The notes under the pieces were generated by a model. That model ran no database searches and was not told the origin of the DNA. It saw only the letters and a program-made list of their open reading frames with translations. A stretch of DNA of 64,000 nt, taken from contig OZ024746.1 in assembly GCA_964016885.1 (NCBI GenBank), positions 496,001 through 560,000 of the forward strand, given 5' to 3'. Every line of letters starts with the position of its first letter. Position 1 is the stretch's first letter. Both the position numbers and the translations under genes were made by a program. Below, in pieces: positions 27,301-41,034 of the stretch. The stretch is from Eledone cirrhosa (lineage: Eukaryota).

Positions 27301-30300
27301 AACTGTTAGCTGCAGTAACTGTTGGCTAGTCTAACTGTTGGCTGGTCTAACTGTTGGCTACACTAACTGTTGGCTGGTCTAACTGTTGGCTGGAGTAACT
27401 GTTAGCTGGACTAACTGTTGGCTGGTCTAACTGTTGGCTGGTGTAACTGTTGGCTACACTAACTGTTGGTTGGTCTAACTGTTGGCTGGACTAACTGTTG
27501 GCTACACTAACTGTTGGCTAGTCTAACTGTTGGCTGGTCTAACTGTTGGCTGGACTAACTGTTGGCTGGACTAACTGTTGGCTGGACTAACTGTTGGCTG
27601 GACTAACTGTTGGCTGGTCTAACTGTTGGCTGGAGTAACTGTTAGCTGGAACTAATTGTTGGCTGGTCTATCTGTTGGCTGGAATAACTGTTGATTGGAC
27701 TAACTGTTGGCTGGTCTAACTGTTGGCTACACTAACTGTTGGCTACACTAACTGTTGGCTGGTCTAACTGTTGCCGGGACTAACTGTTGGCTGGTCTAAC
27801 TGTTGGCTGGACTAACTGTTGGTTGGTCTAACTGTTGGCTGGAGTAACTGTTAGCTGGAGTAACTGTTGGCTGGTCTAACTGTTGGCTACACTAACTGTT
27901 GACTGGTCTAACTGCTGGCTGGAGTAACTGTTAGCTGGAGTAACTGTTGGCTGGATTAACTGTTGGCTGGAATAACTGTTGGCTGGACTAACTGTTGGCT
28001 GGTCTCACTGTTGGCTACACTAACTGTTGGCTACACTAACTGTTGGCTGGACTAACTGTTGGTTGGTCTAACTGTTGGCTGGAGTAACTGTTGGCTGGAC
28101 TAACTGTTGGCTGGTCTAACTGTTGGCTGGACTAACTGTTGGCTACACTAACTGTTGGCTGGTCTAACTGTTGGCTGGAGCAACTGTTAGCTGGATTAAC
28201 TCTTGGATGGTCTAACTGTTGGCTACACTAACTGTTGGCTGGTCTAACTGTCGGCTGGAGTAATTGTTGGCTGGAATAAATGTTGGCTGGGCTAACTGTT
28301 GGCTGGAGTAACTGTTGGCTGGGCTAACTGTTGGCTGGGCTAACTGATGGCTGGTCTAACTGTTGGCTGGACTAACTGTTGGCTGGTCAAACTGTTGGCT
28401 GGATAACTGTTGGCTGGTCTAACTGTTGCCTACACTAACTGTTGGCTGGTCTAACTGTTGGCTGGAGTAACTGTTGGCTGGAATAACTGTTGGCTGGAAT
28501 AACTGTTGGCTGGAATAACTGTTGGCTGGACTAACTGTTGGCTGGTCTCACTGTTGGCTACACTAACTGTTGGCTGGTCTAACTGTTTGTTGGTCTAACT
28601 GTTGCCTGGAGTAACTGTTGGCTGGACTAACTGTTGGCTGGTCTAACTGTTGGCTGGACTAACTGTTGGCTACACTAACTGTTGGCTGGTCTAACTGTTG
28701 GCTGGAGTAACTGTTAGCTGGACTAACTGTTGGCTGGACTAACTGTTGGCTACACTAACTGTTGGCTGGTCTAACTGTTGCCGGGACTAACTGTTGGCTG
28801 GTCTAACTATTGGCTGGACTAACTGTTGGTTGGTCTAACTGTTGGCTGGAGTAACTGTTAGCTGGAGTAACTGTTGGCTAGTCTAACTGTTGGCTGGTCT
28901 AACTGTTGGCTACACTAACTGTTGGCTGGTCTAACTGTTGGCTGGAGTAACTGTTAGCTGGACTAACTGTTGGCTGGTCTAACTGTTGGCTGGTCTAACT
29001 GTTGGCTACACTAACTGTTGGCTACACTAACTGTTGGCTGGAATAACTGTTGATTGGACTAACTGTTGGCTGGTCTAACTGTTGGCTACACTAACTGTTG
29101 GCTACACTAACTGTTGGCTGGTCTAACTGTTGGCTGGACTAACTGTTGGCTGGTCTAACTGTTGGCTGGACTAACTGTTGGCTGGACTAACTGTTGGCTA
29201 CACTAACTGTTGGCTGGTCTAACTGTTGCCGGGTCTAACTGTTGGCTGGTCTAACTGTTGGTTGGTCTAACTGTTGGCTGGAGTAACTGTTAGCTGGAGT
29301 AACTGTTGGCTAGTCTAACTGTTGGCTGGTCTAACTGTTGGCTACACTAACTGTTGGCTGATCTAACTGTTGGCTGGAGTAACTGTTGGCTGGTCTAACT
29401 GTTGGCTGGAGTAACTGTTGGCTACACTAACTGTTGGTTGGTCTAACTGTTGGCTGGACTAACTGTTGGCTACACTAACTGTTGGCTGGTCTAACTGTTG
29501 GCTGGAGTAACTGTTAGCTGGACTAACTGTTGGCCGGTCTAACTGTTGGCTGGTCTAACTGTTGGCTACACTAACTGTTGGCTGGTCTAACTGTTGGCTG
29601 GTCTAACTGTTGGCTGGACTAACTGTTGGCTGGTCTATCTGTTGGCTGGAGTAACTGTTGGCTGGGCTAACTGTTGGCTGGAGTAACTGTTGGCTGGGCT
29701 AACTGTTGGCTACACTAACTGTTGGCTGGTCTAACTGTTGGCTGGTCTAACTGTTGGCTGGTCTAACTGTTGGCTGGACTAACTTTTGCCTGATCTAACT
29801 GTTGGCTGGAGTAACTGTTGGCTGGTCTAAATGTTGGCTGGTCTAACTGTTGGCTGGAGTAACTGTTGGCTGGTCTAACTGTTGGCTACACTAACTGTTG
29901 GCTGGTCTAACTGTTGGCTGGAGTAACTGTTAGCTGGAGTAACTGTTGGCTGGATTAACTGTTGGCTGGAATAACGGTTGGCTGGACTAACTGTTGGCTG
30001 GTCTCACTGTTGGCTACACTAACTGTTGGCTACACTAACTGTTGGCTGGTCTAACTGTTGGTTGGTCTAACTGTTGGCTGCAGTAACTGTTGGCTGGACT
30101 AACTGTTGGCTGGTCTAACTGTTGGCTGGACTAACTGTTGGCTACACTAACTGTTGGCTGGTCTAACTGTTGGCTGGACTAACTGTTGGCTGGTCTAACT
30201 GTTGGCTGGACTAACTGTTGGCTGGACTAACTGTTGGCTACACTAACTGTTGGCTGGTCTAACTGTTGCCGGGTCTAACTGTTGGCTGGACTAACTGTTG

Positions 30301-33300
30301 GTTGGTCTAACTGTTGGCTGAAGTAACTGTTAGCTGGAGTAACTGTTGGCTAGTCTAACTGTTGGCTGGTCTAACTGTTGGCTACACTAACTGTTGGCTG
30401 GTCTTAATGTTGGCTGGAGTAACTGTTAGCTGGACTAACTGTTGGCTGGTCTAACTGTTGGCTGGTCTAACTGTTGGCTACACTAACTGTTGGCTGGTCT
30501 AACTCTTGGCTGGAGTAACTGTTGGCTGGACTAACTGTTGGCTGGTCTAACTGTTGGCTGGACTAACTGTTGGCTGGAATAACTGTTGATTGGACTAACT
30601 GTTGGCTGGTTTAACTGTTGGCTACACTAACTGTTGGCTACACTAACTGTTGGCTGGACTAACTGTTGGCTGGTCTAACTGTTGGCTGGAGTAACTGCTG
30701 GCTGGTCTAACTGTTGGCTACACTAACTGTTGGCTGGACTAACTGTTGTCTGATCTAACTGTTGGCTGGACTAAATGTTGGTTGGTCTAACTGTTGGCTG
30801 GACTAAATGTTGGTTGGTCTAACTGTTGGCTGGAGTAACTGTTGGCTGGAGTAACTGTTAGCTGGATTAACTGTTGGCTGGTCTAACTGTTGGCTGGTCT
30901 AACTGTTGGCTGGTCTAACTGTTGGCTACACTAACTGTTGGCTAGTCTAACTGTTGGCTGGAGTAACTGTTAGCTGGAGTAACTGTTGGCTGGACTAACT
31001 GTTGGCTGGAATAACTGTTGATTGGACTAACTGTTGGCTGGTCTAACTGTTGGCTACACTAACTGTTGGCTACACTAACTGTTGGCTGGTCTTAATGTTG
31101 GCTGGAGTAACTGTTAGCTGGACTAACTGTTGGCTGGTCTAACTGTTGGCTGGTCTAACTGTTGGCTACACTAACTGTTGGCTGGTCTAACTCTTGGCTG
31201 GAGTAACTGATAGCTGGAGTAACTGTTGGCTGGTCTAACTGTTGGCTACACTAACTGTTGGCTGGTCTAACTGTTGGCTGGAGTAACTGTTGGCTGGACT
31301 AACTGTTGGCTGGTCTAACTGTTGGCTGGACTAACTGTTGGCTGGAATAACTGTTGATTGGACTAACTGTTGGCTGGTCTAACTGTTGGCTACACTAACT
31401 GTTGGCTGGTCTAACTGTTGGCTGGACTAACTGTTGGCTGGTCTAACTGTTGGCTGGTCTAACTGTTGCCGGGACTAACTGTTGGCTGGTCTAACTGTTG
31501 GCTGGATTAACTGTTGGTTGGTCTAACTGTTGGCTGGAGTAACTGTTAGCTGCAGTAACTGTTGGCTAGTCTAACTGTTGGCTGGTCTAACTGTTGGCTA
31601 CACTAACTGTTGGCTGGTCTAACTGTTGGCTGGAGTAACTGTTAGCTGGACTAACTGTTGGCTGGTCTAACTGTTGGCTGGTGTAACTGTTGGCTACACT
31701 AACTGTTGGTTGGTCTAACTGTTGGCTGGACTAACTGTTGGCTACACTAACTGTTGGCTAGTCTAACTGTTGGCTGGTCTAACTGTTGGCTGGACTAACT
31801 GTTGGCTGGACTAACTGTTGGCTGGACTAACTGTTGGCTGGACTAACTGTTGGCTGGTCTAACTGTTGGCTGGAGTAACTGTTAGCTGGAACTAATTGTT
31901 GGCTGGTCTATCTGTTGGCTGGAATAACTGTTGATTGGACTAACTGTTGGCTGGTCTAACTGTTGGCTACACTAACTGTTGGCTACACTAACTGTTGGCT
32001 GGTCTAACTGTTGCCGGGACTAACTGTTGGCTGGTCTAACTGTTGGCTGGACTAACTGTTGGTTGGTCTAACTGTTGGCTGGAGTAACTGTTAGCTGGAG
32101 TAACTGTTGGCTAGTCTAACTGTTGGCTGGTCTAACTGTTGGCTACACTAACTGTTGGCTGGTCTAACTGTTGGCTGGTCTAACTGTTGGCTGGACTAAC
32201 TGTTGGCTGGTCTATCTGTTGGCTGGAGTAACTGTTGGCTGGGCTAACTGTTGGCTGGAGTAACTGTTGGCTGGGCTAACTGTTGGCTACACTAACTGTT
32301 GGCTGGTCTAACTGTTGGCTGGTCTAACTGTTGGCTGGAGTAACTGTTGGCTACACTAACTGTTGGTTGGTCTAACTGTTGGCTGGACTAACTGTTGGCT
32401 ACACTAACTGTTGGCTGGTCTAACTGTTGCCTGGAGTAACTGTTAGCTGGACTAACTGTTGGCCGGTCTAACTGTTGGCTGGTCTAACTGTTGGCTACAC
32501 TAACTGTTGGCTGGTCTAACTGTTGGCTGGTCTAACTGTTGGCTGGACTAACTGTTGGCTGGTCTATCTGTTGGCTGGAGTAACTGTTGGCTGGGCTAAC
32601 TGTTGGCTGGAGTAACTGTTGGCTGGGCTAACTGTTGGCTACACTAACTGTTGGCTGGTCTAACTGTTGGCTGGTCTAACTGTTGGCTGGACTAACTTTT
32701 GGCTGGTCTAACTGTTGGCTGGAGTAACTGTTGGCTGGTCTAACTGTTGGCTGGTCTAACTGTTGGCTGGAGTAACTGTTGGCTGGTCTAACTGTTGGCT
32801 ACACTAACTGTTGGCTGGTCTAACTGTTGGCTGGAGTAACTGCTAGCTGGAGTAACTTTTGGCTGGATTAACTGTTGGCTGGAATAACTGTTGGCTGGAC
32901 TAACTGTTGGCTACACTAACTGTTGGCTACACTAACTGTTGGCTGGTCTAACTGTTGGTTGGTCTAACTGTTGGCTGGAGTAACTGTTGGCTGGACTAAC
33001 TGTTGGCTACACTAACTGTTGGCTGGTCTAACTGTTGGCTGGAGTAACTGTTAGCTGGACTAACTGTTGGCTGGTCTAACTGTTGGCTACACTAACTGTT
33101 GGCTGGTCTAACTGTCGGCTGGAGTAATTGTTGGCTGGAATAACTGTTGGCTGGTCTAACTGTTGGCTGGAGTAACTGTTGGCTGGGCTAACTGTTGGCG
33201 GGAGTAACCGTTGGCTGGGCTAACTGTTGGCTGGTCTAACTGTTGGCTGGTCTAACTGTTGGCTGGACTAACTGTTGGCTGGTCTAACTGTTGGCTGGAG

Positions 33301-35804
33301 TAACTGTTGGCTGGTCTAACTGTTGGCTGGTCTAACTGTTGGCTGGAGTAACTGTTGGCTGGTCTAACTGTTGGCTACACTAACTGTTGGCTGGTCTAAC
33401 TGTTGGCTGGAGTAACTGTTGGCTACACTAACTGTTGGTTGGTCTAACTGTTGGCTGGACTAACTGTTGGCTACACAACTGTTGGCTGGTCTAACTGTTG
33501 GCTGGAGTAACTGTTAGCTGGACTAACTGTTGGCCGGTCTAACTGTTGGCTGGTCTAACTGTTGGCTACACTAACTGTTGGCTGGTCTAACTGTTGGCTG
33601 GTCTAACTGTTGGCTGGACTAACTGTTGGCTGGTCTATCTGTTGGCTGGAGTAACTGTTGGCTGGGCTAACTGTTGGCTAGAGTAACTGTTGGCTGGGCT
33701 AACTGTTGGCTACACTAACTTTTGGCTGGTCTAACTGTTGGCTGGTCTAACTGTTGGCTGGACTAACTTTTGGCTGGTCTAACTGTTGGCTGGAGTAACT
33801 GTTGGCTGGTCTAACTGTTGGCTGGTCTAACTGTTGGCTGGTCTAACTGTTGGCTGGAGTAACTGTTGGCTGGTCTAACTGTTGGCTACACTAACTGTTG
33901 GCTGGTCTAACTGTTGGCTGGAGTAACTGTTAGCTGGAGTAACTGTTGGCTGGATTAACTGTTGGCTGGAATAACTGTTGGCTGGGCTAACTGTTAGCTG
34001 GTCTCACTGTTGGCTACACTAACTGTTGGCTACACTAACTGTTGGCTGGTCTAACTGTTGGTTGGTCTAACTGTTGGCTGGAGTAACTGTTGGCTGGACT
34101 AACTGTTGGCTGGTCTAACTGTTGGCTGGACTAACTGTTGGCTACACTAACTGTTGGCTGGTCTAACTGTTGGCTGGAGTAACTGTTAGCTGGACTAACT
34201 GTTGGCTGGTCTAACTGTTGGCTACACTAACTGTTGGCTGGTCTAACTGTCGGCTGGAGTAATTGTTGGCTGGAGTAACTGTTGGCTGGGCTATCTGTTG
34301 GCTACACTAACTGTTGGCTGGTCTAACTGATGGCTGGAGTAACTGTTAGCTGGAGTAACTGTTGGCTGGACTAACTGTTGGCTGGTCTAACTGTTGATTG
34401 GACTAACTGTTGGCTGGTCTAACTGTTGGCTACACTAACTGTTGGCTACACTAACTGTTGGCTGGTCTAACTGTTGGCTGGAGTAACTGTTGGCTGGACT
34501 AACTGTTGGCTGGTCTAACTGTTGACTGGACTAACTGTTGGCTACACTAACTGTTGGCTGGTCTAACTGTTGGTTGGTCTAACTGTTGGCTGGAGTAACT
34601 GTTGACTGGACTAACTGTTGGCTGGTCTAACTGTTGGCTGGACTAACTGTTGGCTACACTAACTGTTGGCTGGTCTAACTGTTGGCTGGAGTAACTGTTA
34701 GCTGGACTAACTGTTGGCTGGTCTAACTGTTGGCTACACTAACTGTTGGCTGGTCTAACTGTCGGCTGGAGTAATTGTTGGCTGGAATAACTGTTGGCTG
34801 GTCTAACTGTTGGCTGGAGTAACTGTTGGCTGGGCTAACTGTTGGCTGGAGTAACTGTTGGCTGGGCTAACTGTTGGCTGGTCTAACTGTTGGCTGGTCT
34901 AACTGTTGGCTGGACTAACTTTTGGCTGGTCTAACTGTTGGCTGGTCTAACTGTTGGCTGGAGTAACTGTTGGCTGGTCTAACTGTTGCCTACACTAACT
35001 GTTGGCTGGTCTAACTGTTGGCTGGAGTAACTGTTAGCTGGAGTAACTGTTGGCTGGACTAACTGTTGGCTGGTCTAACTGTTGGCTGGACTAACTTTTG
35101 GCTGGTCTAACTGTTGGCTGGAGTAACTGTTGGCTGGTCTAACTGTTGGCTGGTCTAACTGTTGGCTGGAGTAACTGTTGGCTGGTCTAACTGTTGGCTA
35201 CACTAACTGTTGGCTGGTCTAACTGTTGGCTACACTAACTGTTGGCTAGTCTAACTGTTGGCTGGTCTAACTGTTGGCTGGACTAACTGTTGGCTGGACT
35301 AATTGTTGGCTGGTCTAACTGTTGGCTACACTAACTGTTGGCTGGTCTAACAGGTTGGCTGGTCTAACTGTTGGCTACACTAACTGTTGGCCGGACTAAC
35401 TGTCGGCTGGATTAACTGTTGGCTGGACTAACTGTTGGCTGGTCTAACTGTTGGCTGGACTAACTGTTGGCTACACTAACTGTTGGCTGGTCTAACTGTT
35501 GGCTGGAGTAACTGTTAGCTGGACTAACTGTTGGCTGGTCTAACTGTTGGCTACACTAACTGTTGGCTGGTCTAACTGTCGGCTGGAGTAATTGTTGGCT
35601 GGAATAACTGTTGGCTGGTCTAACTGTTGGCTGGAGTAACTGTTGGCTGGGCTAACTATTGGCTGGGGTAACTGTTGGCTGGGCTAACTGTTGGCTGGTC
35701 TAACTGTTGGCTGGTCTAACTGTTGGCTGGACTAACTGTTGGCTGGTCTAACTGTTGGCTGGAGTAACTGTTGGCAGGTCTAACTGTTGGCTGGTCTAAC
35801 TGTT
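15327..35804 (+). repeat. 16-bp satellite array AACTGTTGGCT+[GGTCT/GGACT/GGAGT/ACACT/GGAAT/GGGCT], ~1280 copies, with higher-order structure
   Basis: Period 16 (TTGG at 15361 and 15377) over 20.5 kb; rare variants recur at a 4240-bp offset (25731/29971, 26081/30321, 27441/31681). Confidence 0.99.
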
Positions 35805-36094
35805 CACACAGCTGCAGATTATTCAACAACTAATGAGGAACAAGAGGAAACAATATTTAACTCTCCACTAGATATGGTCTACTTTTTCACTACTGGTGCT
35901 TTACATATGCTGGCCTTGAAAGGAATAAAACTTTGACAGTGCTTGACAAGATTTAAATTGTCAGCTGTTAAACTATTTATTTATCAATCATCTCATCTGA
36001 CTTTTTCTCATCTGTTATTAAGAGACATATTTTCTTCTGTAAATGGAAACAGAAAATAGTTTTTGATTTGTTGTTTTTCCTTTACAGAATTTCT

Positions 36095-36355
36095 AAACAG
36101 ACACATGATGTGTATGGATGATGATTGATGGGTGAAGAAGTGCCAGGAAATGCCTGTAGAAGGAAGCCACTGTAGAGGTAGACCAAAAAAGACCTGAGCA
36201 AAGGTTGTGACAGCTGACCTCAAATAACTGAGACTCACAGAGGCGATGATGAAGAAATGTGGCAAGTGGAGAGATGTTGTGCAGAAAAGGACCTGTCCAA
36301 CCCATACAAGCATCATGATGACGACAATGATGACAACAACAGTGATATGATGATG
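36095..36355 (+). mobile_element. RTE LINE 3' fragment (local family C)
   Basis: HMMCMDDD.WVKKCQEMPVEGS..RGRPKKT-like translation with stops; (GAT)n tail. Confidence 0.85.
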
Positions 36356-37044
36356 ATATAAACATTAAAGTCTATCCCAAACCCAGCAAGGGTTGGATGG
36401 GTCTAAATAGACCAAATCAGTATTGAAGCAGGCACTGACCTCCTCACAAACAGGCCAAGGGTCTGTATCCTGCTTACATACAGCCATACTGGGTCCATAG
36501 GAGTTGTTATGTCTTTTAACATTGACCTTGAGGGTGGCCCTATGGGTGTTTTTGAAGGACAGCATGGTTGATAGTGAGACATCAGGTGTCAGAGTTCTCA
36601 GTTAGGGTGGACCACCAATAATGGTCAATGTGACAGGCACCAAGAGATGTTTCCAAACAGTCCTTGTATCACTTCCTTGGTCCCCTTTTCTATGGACATA
36701 CTAATTTACATATTATCAGTAGTTAATCAAGATATATATTAATTAATTCAGTAAACAGCCAAAGTATATGACAATGCTACAGTTGAATGTTTCGCTACAT
36801 ATCACACAGCTTTATATTTTATCACACAAACTAATATAAACTGTAACAATATTTCTATGAATTCCATCTATTGTATGTTTTATGAAAGAGGTAATAAAGT
36901 AGTTATGTTGAAGGTGGGACTTGAAACCAGACACTTTAGGTCACAACTCTCTTAACAACTAAACAGGTCACTCTCAATTAAAAATAAAACAAAACAAATC
37001 ATTCATATTATTAGAAGTCTGTGTCAGTAAAGTGAGAAGAAGAA

Positions 37045-37345
37045 GAAGAAGAAGAAGAAGAAGAAGAAGAAGAAGGAGAAGAAGATATTTTGGTAAGTGG
37101 ATTACTCAGAACTAGGTTACTAGTGTCTCTCATAAGTATTCTTTCTCTATCAGAGCTAAATTATATTTTAAAGCTTTAAAAAAATGTTTGAAGTAAACAT
37201 CACTATCATCACTGCCATCATCAGCAGCAGCATAATCAACATCATCATCATCAGTGTCATCATCATCATCCTCATTATCATTGACATCATCACCATCATC
37301 ATTATCATCATCACCATAAACAACAACTTCGATAACATCATCATC
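37045..37345. repeat. (GAA)n and degenerate (CAT)n microsatellites
   Basis: GAA run 37045-37085; CAT-rich tract 37195-37345. Confidence 0.9.
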
Positions 37346-37467
37346 CTTTTTATTATCCATCCATTAGACGAGTTTTCTGCTATCCGTTGTCTTCCTTTGC
37401 CCTCTTTGCAAGGTTCAGTGTTCTGAGATCAGCCCCCCCCCCCCCCCCCACCACCACCCCACCCACC

Positions 37468-37498
<31 letters not shown>

Positions 37499-37600
37499 TC
37501 CATTTCTACCCAAGGGGTCGGCTACGTGCTGAGTTTTCATATAAAACGAGATTAAAAATATTATTCAGAGAAAGTTATTATAATCATCAATTGTAGAAAG

Positions 37601-39185
37601 TTGAGTCAGTGACAGAAAGATGAATAGTAAATCAACATTGGACATGAGCTACAAACACCAGATGTAGCAAAGTTGTTCAACTGAGTCAGTGACAGAAAGA
37701 TGAATAGTAAATCAACATTGGACATGAGCTACAAACACCAGATGTAGCAAAGTTGTTCAACTGAGTCAGTGACAGTAAGATGAATAGTAAATTAACATTT
37801 GACATGAGCTACAGACACCAGATGTAGCAAAGTTGTTCAACTGAGTCAGTGACAGTAAGATGAATAGTAAATTAACATTTGACATGAGCTACAGACACCA
37901 GATGTAGCAAAGTTGTTCAGCTGAGTCAGTGACAGTAAGATGAATGGTAAATCAACATTTGACATGAGCTACTGACACCAGATGTAGCAAAGTTGTTCAA
38001 CTGAGTCAGTGACAGTAAGATGAATAGTAAATTAACATTTGACATGAGCTACAGACACCAGATGTAGCAAAGTTGTTCAACTGAGTCAGTGACAGTAAGA
38101 TGAATGGTAAATCAACATTTGACATGAGCTACTGACACCAGATGTAGCAAAGTTGTTCAACTGAGTCAGTGACAGTAAGATGAATAGTAAATCAACATTT
38201 GACATGAGCTACAGACACCATATGTAGCAAAGTTGTTCAACTGAGTCAGTGACAGTAAGATGAATAGTAATCAACATTTGACATGAGCTACAGACACCAT
38301 ATGTAGCAAAGTTGTTCAACTGAGTCAGTGACAGTAAGATGAATAGTAAATCAACATTTGACATGAGCTACAGACACCATATGTAGCAAAGTTGTTCAAC
38401 TGAGTCAGTGACAGTAAGATGAATAGTAAATCAACATTTGACATGAGCTACAGACACCATATGTAGCAAAGTTGTTCAACTGAGTCAGTGACAGTAAGAT
38501 GAATAGTAAATCAACATTTGACATGAGCTACAGACACCATATGTAGCAAAGTTGTTCAACTGAGTCAGTGACAGTAAGATGAATAGTAAATCAACATTTG
38601 ACATGAGCTACAGACACCATATGTAGCAAAGTTGTTCAACTGAGTCAGTGACAGTAAGATGAATAGTAAATTAACATTTGACATGAGCTACAAACACCAT
38701 ATGTAGCAAAGTTGTTCAACTGCGTCAGTGACAGTAAGATGAATAGTAAATCAACATTTGACATGAGCTACAGACACCATATGTAGCAAAGTTGTTCAAC
38801 TGAGTCAGTGACAGTAAGATGAATAGTAAATCAACATTTGACATGAGCTACAGACACCATATGTAGCAAAGTTGTTCAACTGAGTCAGTGACAGTAAGAT
38901 GAATAGTAAATCAACATTTGACATGAGCTACAGACACCATATGTAGCAAAGTTGTTCAACTGAGTCAGTGACAGTAAGATGAATAGTAAATCAACATTTG
39001 ACATGAGCTACTGACACCAGATGTAGCAAAGTTGTTCAACTGAGTCAGTGACAGTAAGATGAATAGTAAATCAACATTTGACATGAGCTACAGACACCAT
39101 ATGTAGCAAAGTTGTTCAACTGAGTCAGTGACAGTAAGATGAATAGTAAATCAACATTTGACATGAGCTACAGACACCAGATGTA
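37601..39185 (+). repeat. 80-bp minisatellite (CTGAGTCAGTGACAGTAAGATGAATAG...AGTTGTTCAA), ~20 copies
   Basis: CTGAGTCAGT at 37681, 37761, 37841 and onward. Confidence 0.97.
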
Positions 39186-39237
39186 TCTGTATGTGTGTGT
39201 CTATGTGTGTATGTCTACATGTGTGTCTGTCTAGAGA

Positions 39238-39765
39238 ACTACTCCCACTGTTGAAAACAAAAGGTTTCTTCCTATGTACAAAATGATGACTGCATGATGC
39301 CTGTGTGCGAAGTGCAATGCTGCATTGTGGTGAAACATGGGCTGTGACATAGGCCGGAGAGAAATGAAGCAGCTATGCTTCATTGGATGTGCAATGTAAA
39401 TGTGAGAGAAAGGCATAGCTTGGATGAACTGAAGGAGAAACTGAGTTTAAAAGGAATTTGAGGTGGTGTGCAGGAGAGGAGACTGCATTGGTATGGACAT
39501 GTAATGTGCATGGATGACGATTGATGGGTGGAGAAGTACCAGGAAATCCCAGTGGAAGGAAACTTCAGTAGAGGTTGACCAAGAAAGACCTGAGCAGAGG
39601 TGGTGAGAGCTGCTCTCAAATCACTGAGATTCACAGAGATGACAAAGAAACGTGGCGAGTGGAGAGATGTTTCCTGAGAAAGACCTGTCCAACCCATGCA
39701 AGTGTGGAAGAATGGGTGTAAAAACAATGATGATGATGACAACAATGATGACGATGATGATGACA
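39238..39765 (+). mobile_element. RTE LINE 3' fragment (family C), degenerate
   Basis: ELLPLL..KGF..ACVRSAMLH.ETWAV..RRLHWYGHVM translation with stops and a deletion; (GAT)n tail. Confidence 0.88.
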
Positions 39766-39995
39766 TAGTATACACTCTTCAGTATATTAACAATATACAC
39801 TTAACATAGCTGTCTGCTTTATAGATAAGTGATAGGTATCATCATCATCATCACCATTTAAAACAGTAAAGTTGTTTAAATATACCATATTATAGATCTA
39901 AAGTACAGTCATATAGAGAGAATCTGGTGTAAATATATTTCACACACTTAACTAGAGTGGTTTAGTAATATAACTAACTAGAGTGGTTTAGTAAT

Positions 39996-40573
39996 GGCAA
40001 AGCATAAACGAACTCAGAGTGAGACTGAGCATAAAATTAATCAAATGTTGTGTGCAGGAGAGGAGGATGTGTTGATATGGATGTGATGCATATGAAGGAT
40101 GACAGCTGCATAAAAAGGTGCAGAGCACTAGAAGTCGATAGAAGCCGTGGAGTGGGGAGACCCAAGAAGACCTGGAACGAGGTGATAAAAGTGGACCTTG
40201 CCCAATTACACCTCTCAAAGGCGATGACACAGGACCATGACTTCTGACTTCCCACGGGTGCAAACTGAAGCTGAAGCATATAGATAATATGGCCCCGCCC
40301 TCTCTCAGCAAAGTGGTCATGGGGGTGTCAAAACAAAAAAGCACCCACACCACACTGTAAAGTGGTCATGTAGGTGCCACAGTAAAAAAGCACCCAGTAC
40401 TTACTGTAAATGAGGTTGGTGTTAGGAAGGGCATCCAGCTGTAGAAATAAAGCCAGAATCAGTTCCTGTATGAGCAAGACAAGGTCACCCGACCTGGCAT
40501 TGTCCACAACAGGACAACCCATCTAACCCATGGTAGCGTGGAAGAATGGACGTAAAACGGTCATGATGATGAG
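39996..40573 (+). mobile_element. RTE LINE 3' fragment plus UTR (family A)
   Basis: MKDDSCIKRCRALEVD..GVGRPKKTW; near-identical to 60480-61090. Confidence 0.92.
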
Positions 40574-40575
40574 GA

Positions 40576-40909
<334 letters not shown>

Positions 40910-41034
40910 AATTTTGCTCTGGTACTTACATAGAGCACTCTTCACTCCTATGACTTTTTCAATTTTCAACGGAAACTTCAATACTTATATTTATATATAT
41001 ATATATATGTGTGTGTGTATATATATATATGTAT

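Noticed and set aside
15327-35804. CRISPR-like constant/variable alternation, or a coding repeat
   Set aside because: The variable part is only 5 bp and reused, there are no unique spacers or cas genes, the context is eukaryotic, and frequent TAA/TAG stops leave no ORF in the track
15327-35804. Telomeric repeat
   Set aside because: The unit is not TTAGGG-like and the array has ordinary flanks on both sides
36365-36565. Minus-strand 66-aa ORF (LKVNVK..DPWPVC)
   Set aside because: Only a faint resemblance to a decayed RTE RT segment; too weak to call either a gene or a TE
37016-37098. Poly-Glu exon ending at a GTAAGT donor
   Set aside because: The Glu frame has a TGA immediately upstream and no convincing acceptor; a (GAA)n microsatellite explains it
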